Part shown: positions 1-11,700 of the stretch, in pieces
Layout of the letters: every line of letters begins with the position of its first letter
Numbering within the stretch: the stretch's first letter is position 1
DNA from: Callorhinchus milii
Taxonomy: Eukaryota
Assembly (NCBI RefSeq): GCF_018977255.1
Contig: NW_024704743.1
Location: forward strand, 107,076,001 to 107,140,000
Direction: 5' to 3'
Length of the DNA stretch: 64,000 nt
The notes under the pieces: model-generated
What the model was told of the DNA's origin: nothing
Seen by the model: the letters and a program-made list of their open reading frames with translations, nothing else
Database searches by the model: none
Position numbers and translations under genes: made by a program

Positions 1-1117
1 TCATTTGCGAGGCAAGTGCTCTAACCACTGAGCCAGTATGATTAAGTACTGTACCAGAGAAACACAGGGTCCCTGTTCAGAGACACTAGCTTCTGGAACT
101 GTGCAATTTGATCTGTTTACAATGAAAGGTGAAATCCACAGGATAAGCAATTTTTTGTGGCTCTCACATGAAAAACCATAACAAAGTTTCCAAACCAGTT
201 TCAGCTATGTATAATCTATACATGGAGATATCTCTGTCTGGAATTAAGTGCGTACTCTCTGCCCGGAGGGATACATACAGTTTACCTAATAACCGAATGC
301 ATTTGGCATGAAATTTTGCCAAGAGCCAAGCCTTGGAGACCTCAGAGGGTGGGTTTGGATACTGCTGGAATCTAACTTTGTTGCTTGCCATTGAAAGTCT
401 TGTCTGGCAAGCTTCCTGATGCTTGTCCAATGAGGACCACCCTGTCTGTTAGGGTTTCGGGCTTTGAAAGGTTAACGGAAGCCAAGTGAGAAGAGTTCCT
501 GCTCATCGTGTACCCCTCCAAGTCCATCCAATGAGCCAGACTTTCTCATCTGTCATGAACAGTGCTATTGAGTACTCCAGATGTGCTTGGCTCAGGAACT
601 GGACTATCAAGACCTCCACAGATGATTGACTGAATTCCAACATTCAGTTGACAAGCATGTCCTTGCCACCATCCTCCTGCTTACAGTTTGGAAACACATC
701 CCTACTTCTATTTCTTTACATTTCATGTGTTTTGCTGATATCAGAATGTGTCAATCTTGCTATTTTCAGCCTTGTGTTGTACGTAAGCCCTGGTTTCATG
801 GTGGCAGCTGTTTTTAGTGTTTTATTGGCAACAATGAGTAAAATTGCCACAGGAGTTGCAGTAACACATTGACATGGATGTTTAACATACGGGATATATT
901 TTGAGATGTCATGTTGATCTCTCCAGTCTTTTCCTAAGAGGTTTGACATTTGACAAACATAAACACAGATATCATAATCGCCTGTAAATTTTTTCATTGG
1001 TGATTTATACATACCTAATATTTGCACAATTCACAAATTCAACTCGAATGAACAAATACAACTGATGAACTCTGACGGTGAGTCATTCTTCCATATTTTC
1101 ACAAATGTTTAATTGAC

Positions 1118-1414
1118 ATAATAATCCTTGCATTTGATGTAGCGCTTTTCACATCGGGAGGACGTCCCAAAGCGCTTCACAGAACACACTGTAAAGCGAA
1201 TTGACTGTATATTTGTGGGCGAACGCGGCAGCCAATTGCGCACAGCAATGTCCCACAAACAGTCGTAGATTGACCAATTTATTGTTTTTGGTTTTGGAGG
1301 GATTATTATTAGGGATGTGGAGTAAGGAAACTTGCCCAAGGTTTCGCCCTGCCTGGAATTGAACTCAGGTCTCTCGCTTGCAAAGCGAGTGCTCTAACCA
1401 CTGAGCTACAGGAC
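1118..1414 (-). mobile_element. Young tRNA-derived SINE
   Basis: On - strand: tRNA-like head gtcctgtagctcagtggttagagc...gttcaattcc, core tgtttgtgggacattgctgtgcgcaattggctgc, tail gcgctacatcaaatgcaaggattattat; near-identical to other copies in the window. Confidence 0.9.
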
Positions 1415-1599
1415 ATTTACCTGACATTGACATTAAATATCAAAGGTGTGAGAAAAGGGGGAGAGGGAAGGGAGAAAGTTATTAAGTACAAAAATCCTAT
1501 TGCCAGTCCTGGGACAGACTGCTCTTCATTAGTTATAGATAGACTCCCAAATGATGGATCCTATCTCGAAATTTTGGTAAAGAAAACTATCAATAAGAA

Positions 1600-1715
1600 A
1601 CATGATCACTGTTCTGATGAAGGGTCGTGACCCGAAATGTTGACTCACTTTCCTTTCTCCATAGATGCTGCCTGACCTGCTGAGTTTTTCCAGCTCTCTC
1701 TGTTTTTGTTTCAAT
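1600..1715 (+). mobile_element. Penelope-like element fragment carrying a minimal hammerhead ribozyme motif
   Basis: gtt-CTGATGA-a-GGGTC-gt-GACCC-GAAA-tgtt-gac, followed by ctccatagatgctgcctgacctgctgagtttttccagc, which I recall as a common chondrichthyan Penelope-type repeat. Confidence 0.65.
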
Positions 1716-3439
1716 GTATGAAACTCACTTAGTACTGCACCTACTAAATTACCAGACTGTATTTGAAATAGACTCTTTCTGGAAGCAATGTCCATATCGT
1801 TCTAGGTAATCTGATCCTAAGAACTGTATTGAATTATGCAATTAGCTTAATGTGTATCCAGCTAAAGGAACATTATGATCTGGAAACCAAAGTTCTTGCA
1901 CTTCATGTTTTGTGTTTTGTTTTACTGTCTTCTATTATCCTGCTTAAAAGTAAAACAAACACATTTGGTATTTCATGACTAGCCTTGAATAAAATGTAAA
2001 CAGAATAAAAATGCTGCTAGGAAATAATCCAGGATGTTCAAATAAAAGAAAAAAATCATTATTAACTGATTTGTTGAAGTTTTATAGGCAATATATCTTC
2101 TGGATGTGGGCAATGAGGTAAAAGAGCAGACGAGCGGTCTTTGTCAGCGACAGTATATGAGGAAAGAGAGCTGAGGATCAAACCTGTTTCAATGGCTTGG
2201 AAAGAGAGGATCAGAAGGTTAAGGAATTGGAGCCAGAAGCAAAGAGGTGTTGGTGGGAGCTGAGGAGCTAATGGTTTCAGATAGTTTCTAAAGAAATTAT
2301 GGAATTGAAGGAAAATGGTACGTCTTTAACCTCTAATTAAAGCAAACAATATTGTTTTGTAAAGTTATTTAAAAATTCAGAATCATTACATAAGAAGCAT
2401 GCAACAACAAGGTCCAAATGCAGCAGCATCTTTCTCGAAAATATATAATGCATTTGAGTAATGTAAAAAAGTCTTGGTCCAAAATTTTATTTCAAACATC
2501 AGCGCAAAGTGTCTTCTTGAATAAGAAAACCTGATTGAACTGTTCCAAAATAATTTTGTAGGAATTTACAACTTTAATGCTTCCTTTCACACTCCACAAA
2601 TGAGAACATTTTTATGCAGTTAGAATATTCCAGCTGACTGCTTTTACAATCTACCACCTGGTGGGTTTCTGCAAGTAAAAGGCTGTAATATTTTACAGCC
2701 TGGTGTGTGAGACTGACAGGAAGCCAGCCTGCAATTAAAACCTATGAGAAAATAGATCAATTGGACAGATAACATGCAGGGATCATGATTACCATAACAC
2801 TAAATTGAAATCCACCAAAAGTCAAATTAAAAACAGATTGCTTGGTAAATAGCAATAATAATTCTTGCTTTTGATATAATGCCTAAAACACTAAAATGTC
2901 GGGTAAAATAACACTGATTAGCAAATATCTACTCTTTTGCAGCCCTCATCTGTATTGTATTTGAATTCACATTGAATGGAATAATTTCCTCAATTCTGAC
3001 TGCTCTTACAAGCTACAACATCAATTTGCATTTACATAGCGCAGGAAAAACTCCCTTCTCTTTTAGAATAATGCAATGGGATCTTTACCATTCACCTGAA
3101 CAGGCAGCCAGGATTTTATTTAATCTCTCATATGATAAACAACATCTCCAACAAGGGAGTGTGACCTAGATTACAAAATTCAAAGGCCTGAGGTGGATCT
3201 TTTGTTCACATCAGCGGAATGCTATCAACTGAGTCAGGCTGACGTACTACTGAGGAAATGTGCCAAAATGTGCTGCTAATTGTCGCTTACAATATTACGG
3301 GACCAATTACAGAATAATTTCACATAAAAGTGTATCAATGAGGGCCATGAACCTTCTCCATTTGCACAATGTGCTGGGAAAAAGGCAGCACTAATCCTGC
3401 AGTTGATATCGTTTTTGCAATCGGATTATGAGGAACTCG

Positions 3440-4550
3440 GGAGGTACGACCTGGTGATTACTTGGCGCCTCACCCTCTTGGACCTCACCATCATCGATAA
3501 AGTGATCTCGGACCATCACTTCATCTCCCTTAATTCCTCAATCCATCTCCCCAATGCCACCCAACCCACCTCCATCACCCACTGCCAATAGAAAAAAATC
3601 TCCTCCCCCTCCCTCTCGGCTGCTTTGGAGTCATCTGAACTCCTTCCCCTCTGGGTGTCCTCCTGCAATGACCTATCCTCCACTCTTGATTCCCTCGCTT
3701 CCCCCTCTCCTCCCAAACAATCTCCTATTCACATACGTCACCATGGTACACCAGCCACCTCCGCTCTCTTAAGCCCAGGTGCATTCCGCTGAGCGCACTT
3801 GGCTTAAATCAAACCTAACGGTCCATCGGCAGATCTGGCTGGACCTTATCAAATCCTACAGCTCTACCCTCGCCTCCTCTAAATCGTCATTCTACTCCAA
3901 GACAATCTTGGAGGCTAAGGACAACTCCAGGCTCCTCTTCTCCATCACCAACCAGCTCCTCTGCCCACCTCTCACGCCTCGCCCATCCTCACCTTAATGC
4001 CAACTGCGAGGCGATGCTGGACTTCCTCGAATCCAAATTCAAGGAAATCCACTCAGCTGTCTCTGCAACTGCTACCCCCTCCCCAGCTCCTCCTCCCATC
4101 CCGGCCCCTACCCATCCCTCCCTCCACACCTTTGAACCTGTCTCCCCTTCCTCTCTCATCACCACCATAACCTGTGTGAAACTGACCATCTGCTCCCTTA
4201 ACCCCATCCCTACCCCTCTCCTTACCTCTCAGCTCCACTTCCTTGCCCCTCTACTCACTGACATCATAAACCTCTCCCTGTCCTCTGGTTCTGTTCCCAC
4301 CCCATTAAAAACCACCATCATCACTCCTATCCTTAAAAAATCCCTCCCTGGATTCTTCTCTACTCCCTAACTACCGCCCCATCTCCAATCTCCTCTCCAA
4401 GTTCCTGGGACGAGTTGTTGCTTCTCAGCTTCGCTCCTTCCTCTCCTGCCACTCCCTTCTCAAACCCTCCGATTGGGTTTCCGTACCGCCCACAGCACAG
4501 AAACAGCTCTGGTCAAAGTGACAAATGACATTCTGTCCATCTGCGACCTG
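3440..4550 (+). mobile_element. L2-clade LINE fragment (endonuclease to RT, decayed)
   Basis: Frameshifted ORF2 pieces: ISDHHFI, LLTDIINLSLSSGSVP..K...[34 protein letters not shown]. Confidence 0.85.
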
Positions 4551-5407
4551 GCGCTTTACAAATGTGATTTTATTGTTGCTGTATTAGGCCTAGCCAACTT
4601 TTGATTATTGTATATAATAGGAAATACCATTTTAAAAAATATACTTGTATCTCTCTAACTTGCTCTAACCAGCGCCTTGGGACGTCCTCCTGACGTGAAA
4701 GGCGCTTTATAAATGGAATCTTGTTGTTGTTGTTGTTGTACTTGCACTCTACTCCAGTGGTGGCCAATGGCCAACAAAAATAACAAAAATAAATGTTACT
4801 TGATTGAGATTTTTTTAAAAAAATGATGGCATCAATCTATGCTATTTTGTGATTTCTATGATTAATTTGTTAGCTTGGTGATAAAGTGTCACAAGCAATG
4901 CTGTTGCACACTGCTCTTCAACAAAAACTTGCATTTATACAGCGCCCTTTCACACGGGATAGAGTCTCGGAGTGCTTTTCTTATCATTATCATCTTGTAA
5001 AGATATAAGATCTGTGACCTGGATGGGCACAAATGCAATAACGATAACAATTGTAAAGCTGTCAAAAAAAAAGCCACTTTGAAATATCGCACCTAAAAAA
5101 AACCCAGAAACACTTGTAGTGGCTGCAAAGAAGGTTTAAACAGTGGATCTCTTTGCTGACATCTTCATGTCCATGTGTTTTCCCCCAGCACCTGCTTAAA
5201 ACTAAAAGGAAATGGTTGCAGGAAAAACATGATGGCGTATTTATAAAACCTGCTCTGCATTTGTATCCCCCAAACCCACACACATACATAGTGTATGAGG
5301 TCTTGGCTGCAGCCAATTCCATCCCATCCCCACACGATGTCACACGACTTATGTGCTGTGCTGTTTATGGGAAGTTTACCCCATAACGTTGCAACACAGA
5401 TATTTGC

Positions 5408-5625
5408 AGAGAGAGGGAGAGGGAGAGGGAGGGAGGGAGAGGGGGAAAGAGAGAGAAAAAAATAAAGTCTGGTGGTTGGTTGGGTCGGTGCGTTTGGCTG
5501 TGGCAGAGAGATCTGATCAAAGGGGACGTCAGGGACAGCGCAGTGTAAGGAACTTTGACCACTGGAATCGCCATAACAGGAGAGAGAGAGAGAGAGGAGA
5601 GGGATAGAGAGAGGGATAGAGAGAG
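5408..5625. repeat. GA-rich simple repeats flanking the CYP7 promoter elements
   Basis: Purine-rich (GA/GGGA)n tracts at ~5408-5456 and ~5579-5625. Confidence 0.8.
5514..5561. promoter_or_regulatory. Putative CYP7 proximal promoter with DR1 (HNF4-type) elements and a CRE-like site
   Basis: ggaactttgacca (5549-5561) is TGGTCA-A-AGTTCC on the - strand; tgatcaaagggga (5514-5526) is a second DR1-like site; gacgtca at 5525-5531. All lie ~130-180 nt upstream of the ATG. Confidence 0.45.
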
Positions 5626-5693
5626 GAAGCCACGATCAGAGCAGGAATCTGTTACTGTGACCCAACCCCTCCACACAGACAGATCTCCCGACC

Positions 5694-5776
5694 ATGGCAG
5701 GTCTGAGTATCTGGATAGTGAGTGTGTTGGTCGGGATGTTCCTCGGTTGGTTCCTGCTGTTGGGGAACAGGAGGAG
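5694..5776 (+). CDS. CYP7A1: CYP7A-like exon 1 (coding part)
   Basis: Kozak ccgaccATGg; [27 protein letters not shown](R) membrane anchor; donor AG|gtaagt, phase 2 matches exon 2. Not in the ORF track. Confidence 0.9.
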
Positions 5777-8700
5777 GTAAGTGTCACTTCTTCTCTGAGT
5801 AGTCTTTCAAAAGCTTTGGTTCGTTTCATACGACGAACTCTGCGGCAATCCGAGTGAGTGAGGGTGAGTGTGTTGTGTGTGTTGTGTTTTTGGGGGTTTT
5901 GCGAGCTGGCGGGTCAGTCCAGCCGCACGTTTTTACAGATCGTTAGGTTTGTGTTAAAACGTAACCTGGATCAAATGCTGTATGAAGAATGCTTCACACA
6001 TGTTGCACAATTAATTGGCTGCTGCTTTTCGCCCACAAAATATACGGTATATCCTGTGAAACGCTTTGAGACCTATAATACAGAACAATAATAATCCTTG
6101 CATTTGATACCGCGCCTCAATCCCTCCGGCTTACCCCCTCTCTCCCCCTTTTTATATCTCGCCTGAAAACATTCCTCTTCGACCATGCTTACGGCCTTCA
6201 GTTTTTATGTTCTTAACCTCTGGAACTCCCTCTCTCTACCATTGTATTAAATTGTGTTTAATTTTCGTTTATATAATACTCTTCAGGGAGGCTAATGGCT
6301 CAGAGCACCGTACATGGGCGAGGTTGGTGGACATAAGTGTGTTCATAGAGGTAGGATTTGAGGCAGCGCTTATAGACATAAAGCTATTTTTTTGTAAATA
6401 AACAGTCACTACACCTCACAGTAAAATCTTATGAAGCACTTTGAATGGTTCTCCTTGTGTGAAAATAAAAGCTCACACCTGTAGTACTAATTCTAAGTTT
6501 ACTACCATCAGCAGATGTCATTATGGATATTATAATTGCATTACATAGCACAAATTAAGTCCATCCAAAATTATAATTTCTTTAATAAAATTAACACAAC
6601 TTTCTTAAAGTTACATATTATATTGTGTTAAAAACATGTGTAAACATGGCTTCATGTTTGTGTTAACATCGGTGGTAGGAAAGATAATGGAATCCTTACT
6701 GAAGGAGGTAATAGAAAAACATCTAGAAATGGAAAATATAATAATATAATAAATATAATAAAGAATAATCAGCACCGATTTCAAAAAAGGTCATGAATTC
6801 ACCTCATTGAATTCTTTGAAGGGGTAACAGAAAGAGTCGACCAGGGTAATGCAGTAGATGTAATATATTTGGATTTCCAAAAGGCGTTCGATAAGGTACC
6901 ATATAATAGACTAATGAATAAGGTCAGAGCATGTGGAGTCAGGGAAAAATGGTAGAATGGATAGCAAGCTGGCTACAAGACAGAAAACAGAGAGTAGGGG
7001 TAAAGGGTAGCTATTCAGACTGGCAGGGGGTGGGAAGTGGTGTTCCACAAGGATCGGTATTGGGACCACTATTGTTCACAATATACATTAATGATTTGGA
7101 CTCGGGAATCAGCAGTACAATTTCAAAATTTGCAGATGACACCAGATTGGCGGAGTAGTTAATACAGAAGAGGACTGCAACAAAGTACAGTATGACATTA
7201 ATAAACTTGCTGAATGGCATTTAAATGGCAAATGCATTTCAATGTAGAAAAGTGTGAGGTGATACATTTTGGTAGAAGGAATAAGGAAGTCACATACATC
7301 CTGGAAAATAAAAGCCTAAATGGGGTAGAGCAGTAAAGGGATCTAGGGGTACACATACACAATTCACTAAAAGTAGCAATACAGATTAATAAGTCCATAA
7401 AAANGCAAACCAGGCATTGGGGTTCATTTCTAGAGGGATAGAAATGAAAAGCAGGGAAGTTATGGTAAACTTCTATGGAACCTTGGTTAGACCACACTTA
7501 GAATACTGTGTGCAGTTCTGGTCCCCACATTATAGAAGGGATGTCGAGGCACTGGAGAGGATGCAAAGGAGATTCACAAGGAGGATCCCAGAACTGAGAG
7601 GTTATACCTATCAGGAAAGACTGTACATGCTTGGACTCTTTTCTCTTGAAAAGAGGGTAAGAGGTGACCTGATAGAGGTTTTTAAAATTATGAAAGGTTT
7701 TGATAGGGTAAACATAGGGAAGATGTTTCCACTTGTGGGGGAGACCAAAAGCAGGGGCCATCAATATAAAATAGTCACAAATAGATCAAATAGGAAAGTT
7801 AGAAGAAATTTCTTTACACAGGGAGTAGTGGGAATGTGGAACATGCTATTTGCCTCAACAAGGAGTTGAGGTATTTAATGGAATAGCATAGATGTATTTA
7901 ATGGAAAACTAGATAGATACATGAGGGAGAAAGGAATAGAAGGTTATGCTTGAAGGCTTATTTAAGGAAGGGCAGGAGGAGGCTCATGTGGAGCATAAAC
8001 ACCGGCATAGACTAGTTGGGCCGAATGTCCTGTTTCTGTGCTGTATATTCTAATGTATTCTAATGTAAAAAGCTGAAATGGATAGAACATTACATCAAAG
8101 TTCTTAGACACATTTGGAAGGTATGCCCTGGTACCTCCCTACCTGTCTGACCTGCTTATTTCCCAACCCACTACCCGCTGCCTCCGCTCGACTGGCTCCA
8201 GCCTCCTGTGTCCCTCTGTTCCACCATCGGTGGCCAAGATTTCAGCCCCTACGCCCCGAAATTGGAACACTCTTCCTCCATCCCTCGCCTCCTCCTTCCC
8301 AATCTTCAGGTCATGCCTGAAGACCTTCCTTTTCGACTGTGCCTACGTTCACTTCCCCCGGCTCAGAGTCTTGCTCTGCCAATGTCAAGCACTCTGGGAT
8401 TCTAAGCTGCGTGACAGGCACTATATAAATGCAAGTTGCCGTTGTTGTAGTGTGTAAAGAGCACAGTCAGAATTAAGGAAATTCTTCAACTCAGTGTGAA
8501 TCCGAATGCAACACAGATGAGGGCTGCAAAGGAGCAGACATTTGCTAACCAGTGAATTTACCTGATGTTTTAGTGTTATTCTCTCACATTTTTGTCTTAC
8601 AGATGGGAAGCAGAACCTCCTTTAGAAACTGGCTGGATTCCATACATTGGCTGCGCTTTCGAATTTGTTTCAAATCCTTTCAAGTTCATGCAGGCTCGAC

Positions 8701-11700
8701 AGAATAAATATGGAGAAATTTTTACTTGTAAAATAGCTGGGAAATTCATCACTTTCATCACTGACCCTTTCTCGTACACCTCTGTAATTCGGCATGGGAA
8801 AAGTCTTGATTTTCAGAAAGTTGCACTAACCATTTCAAAAAATGTGAGTGCCTGCAATTGCTGCTTTAACGTTTAGCTTTGAAAAGTTAATTAATCAGGA
8901 TTTAACTGTGAAGTGTAGTGGCCGTGTATTTGTAGGTAAACGCGCAATCAATTTGTGTACTGCAATGTCTTAGCAATTAGCCATGAAGTGACTGACCAAT
9001 TTTATTGACATCCATTTACATAAATGCATTCAACAGTAATTTACATATGAAGGAGGCATCAGAAGTTGTTAAAAGATTTCTAACTTGTTATCTCTGTTCA
9101 TCGACTGGAAGGTCTCCTTCATTCATTGATCCCTGCCACCAACTTGTACTAATTAATGTTATATTAAGAAAGGTCAGTATTTAACTAAATTGCATATAAG
9201 AAAAATTCTATTTGACAAATGAGTATTCCAAACAACTCATTCTCTTTTAGTACATTCAAAGAGATACGTGCTTTGTGTTAAGACAAATACTATTTCTTGT
9301 TAGTTATCACAGTAGTACTAATATCAATTATTGTTTGACTTATGATCATGAACAAATGTAATCAATTTTCCAATATTTGCAGGTATTTGGTCATGTAGAC
9401 TTTACTAAATATGATATAGGCAATGATGAGATACACAACATCTTCAACAGGACTCTCCAGGGATTGTCACTGGGTTCTCTAACTTCAAGTATGATGGAAA
9501 ACCTCCAGTTTGTAATGTCCCAGGGCAAGTCATCATCGGATTCTAGCAGCTGGACTATAGAAAACCTTTATGAGTTTTCCTGCAAGATAATGTTTGAAGC
9601 TGGGCATTTAACACTCTTTGGAAAGAATGATAAAGCAATGAAGGGAGGTGATGTTGAAAAGATTAAGCAACAGCATGATGCCATTCAGTTTGCATTGGAG
9701 GAATTTAAAGCGTTTGACACAGTGTTTCCTGCTTTAGTAGCTGGTATCCCAATGGGGTTTTTCAAAACTGCCAAGAAAGCAAGAAAGGCTCTGGAAGGCA
9801 GATTGCTGAACAAAACTTTGAGAGAACAAGATTGTAAATCTGCCCTAATAAAGGAAAGAATGGAGCTTTTTGACAGTTCTAGTTCTCTCGATGAGCATAA
9901 CAAGGCGAAAACCCATGTCATAATGCTGTGGGCATCACAGGCCAACACTCTTCCAGCTAGCTTCTGGAGTATTTATTATCTAATGAGGTAAAGTTATTTC
10001 AAATTAAGCATGAATTTGAACATTAGAAAGCCTATGATTTAGCCTCTGATTAAGCTTAAGACTAGACAATGTGCCATGGTGTCATTTACCTTGTGTCACT
10101 TTGGTGCCAATGATATATTCAAGATTGCATGTTGTGGGGGATATGGAAAGGAGAGAGACAGTTATAGTAGGTGGTGAAGGTGTAAGTATCATAATGTAGT
10201 CTGAAATAACCAAGCCCAATTTTTCACCATGTACAATAGTTAACAGAATAGATATCATTTTTATCTTAGTATGGTATTAAGTAAAATCCTTATGTACATG
10301 CTGCCTTAATGTGCATAAAATCCTATTATATATACTGACCTCTGTGTACTATCATTACATAAAATTTCCCTTTTCAATGCTTAATATATTTATACAATAT
10401 CCAAGTAATAAAAATGATACTCTGTTGGGGAGTGTTTAGAAGAATTTCTTGTTATGCGTTACAAGTGACAATTGAGGATGACTTGATTATATAATTTAAA
10501 AGTGAACTGAATTGATGACTAAATACAAATATACTAAAAGATCTGGGGAAACGATGGGGAATGGGATTCAAGCAAATAATTCCAGTAAAAAGTTAGCATG
10601 GTGAAGTTACGATGGGCTGAATGATGGCCTGATTTTGTACGGAAATGTCTATAAATTTCAATAAATTTCCCACATCAGTTGTTACTCCAGTAATAGGTAG
10701 TTACTTCATTACAATCTTCATTTAAATCATTCAGTTTTATTGGACGTCAGGATAGGATTCAGGTGCAAACTTCAATAAGAAAATAAATTACAGTATTAAG
10801 ACAACTAATCTATCCTTCAGTTATTTCCATAAATTCCAATACCCTTCCTCCATGTGGGTTTTTCTAATTCCATTTTAAATATGCTATCTAATGAGTCTGT
10901 CAAATTCTGGAAGCTGAATTGATGAGTAATACTTGTAGCAGTTTACTCTGCTGCGTGAATCAAAGGTCCAATATGAATATTTTAAATCTTATCCATTCAT
11001 TTCTCTTCGAAACGCAATGACTTGTGCTGGAACATGTTCCTTGTTTGTGGACATCAATGTTTCCTCCAATTGGATACTCTCTATATGTAACAATTTGTAA
11101 TAATATAATAATAATACTTGCATTTGACATAGCTCCTTATCACATCTTTGAGACATCTCAAAGCGTTTCACATAATATACTGTAAAGTGAACTGACTGTA
11201 TATTTTGTGTGCGAAACGCAGCAGCCAAATGTCACATTTAAATTTTATATTCATAATTTAAATTTACATTATATTTCAATTTAAATTTTATATTTATAAT
11301 TTGTATGATGTTAGCAGAAGTCATGATGAAATACACTGATTGCAATCACAAACTAATGGGTTTATTCTAAACTATTGATCAGAAACTCTACCAGTTACAG
11401 CTGACATATTTCAGTTTCAATCTGTTACTTGAGAGAACCGCAAAGCTGCAGTTTTTGACAGCAACTGGGGTGATGAGTGTTCTATCACAGTGGGAACTGT
11501 TTTGCTTAATAGAGCACATTTATTGATGCAGCAAAACTGTCATTGTGTGTTTATAAATAATATAAATCAAAACTATAAATAAGAGTACATTATAAATGTT
11601 AAATTAAATTATACATATAAAATTCCATGAGAGTAATTTAAAATCACAGAAGGGCATATTCGTTAAACTTAGTATTAGACAAAATAGCGTTAACCCACAA

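Noticed and set aside
1850..1980. Hydrophobic short ORFs as candidate CYP7 exon 1
   Set aside because: No phase-2 donor and no RRR end; 5694-5776 fits on Kozak context, anchor, phase and donor
7404..7404. Single N base
   Set aside because: Assembly ambiguity inside a CR1 copy; no biological meaning
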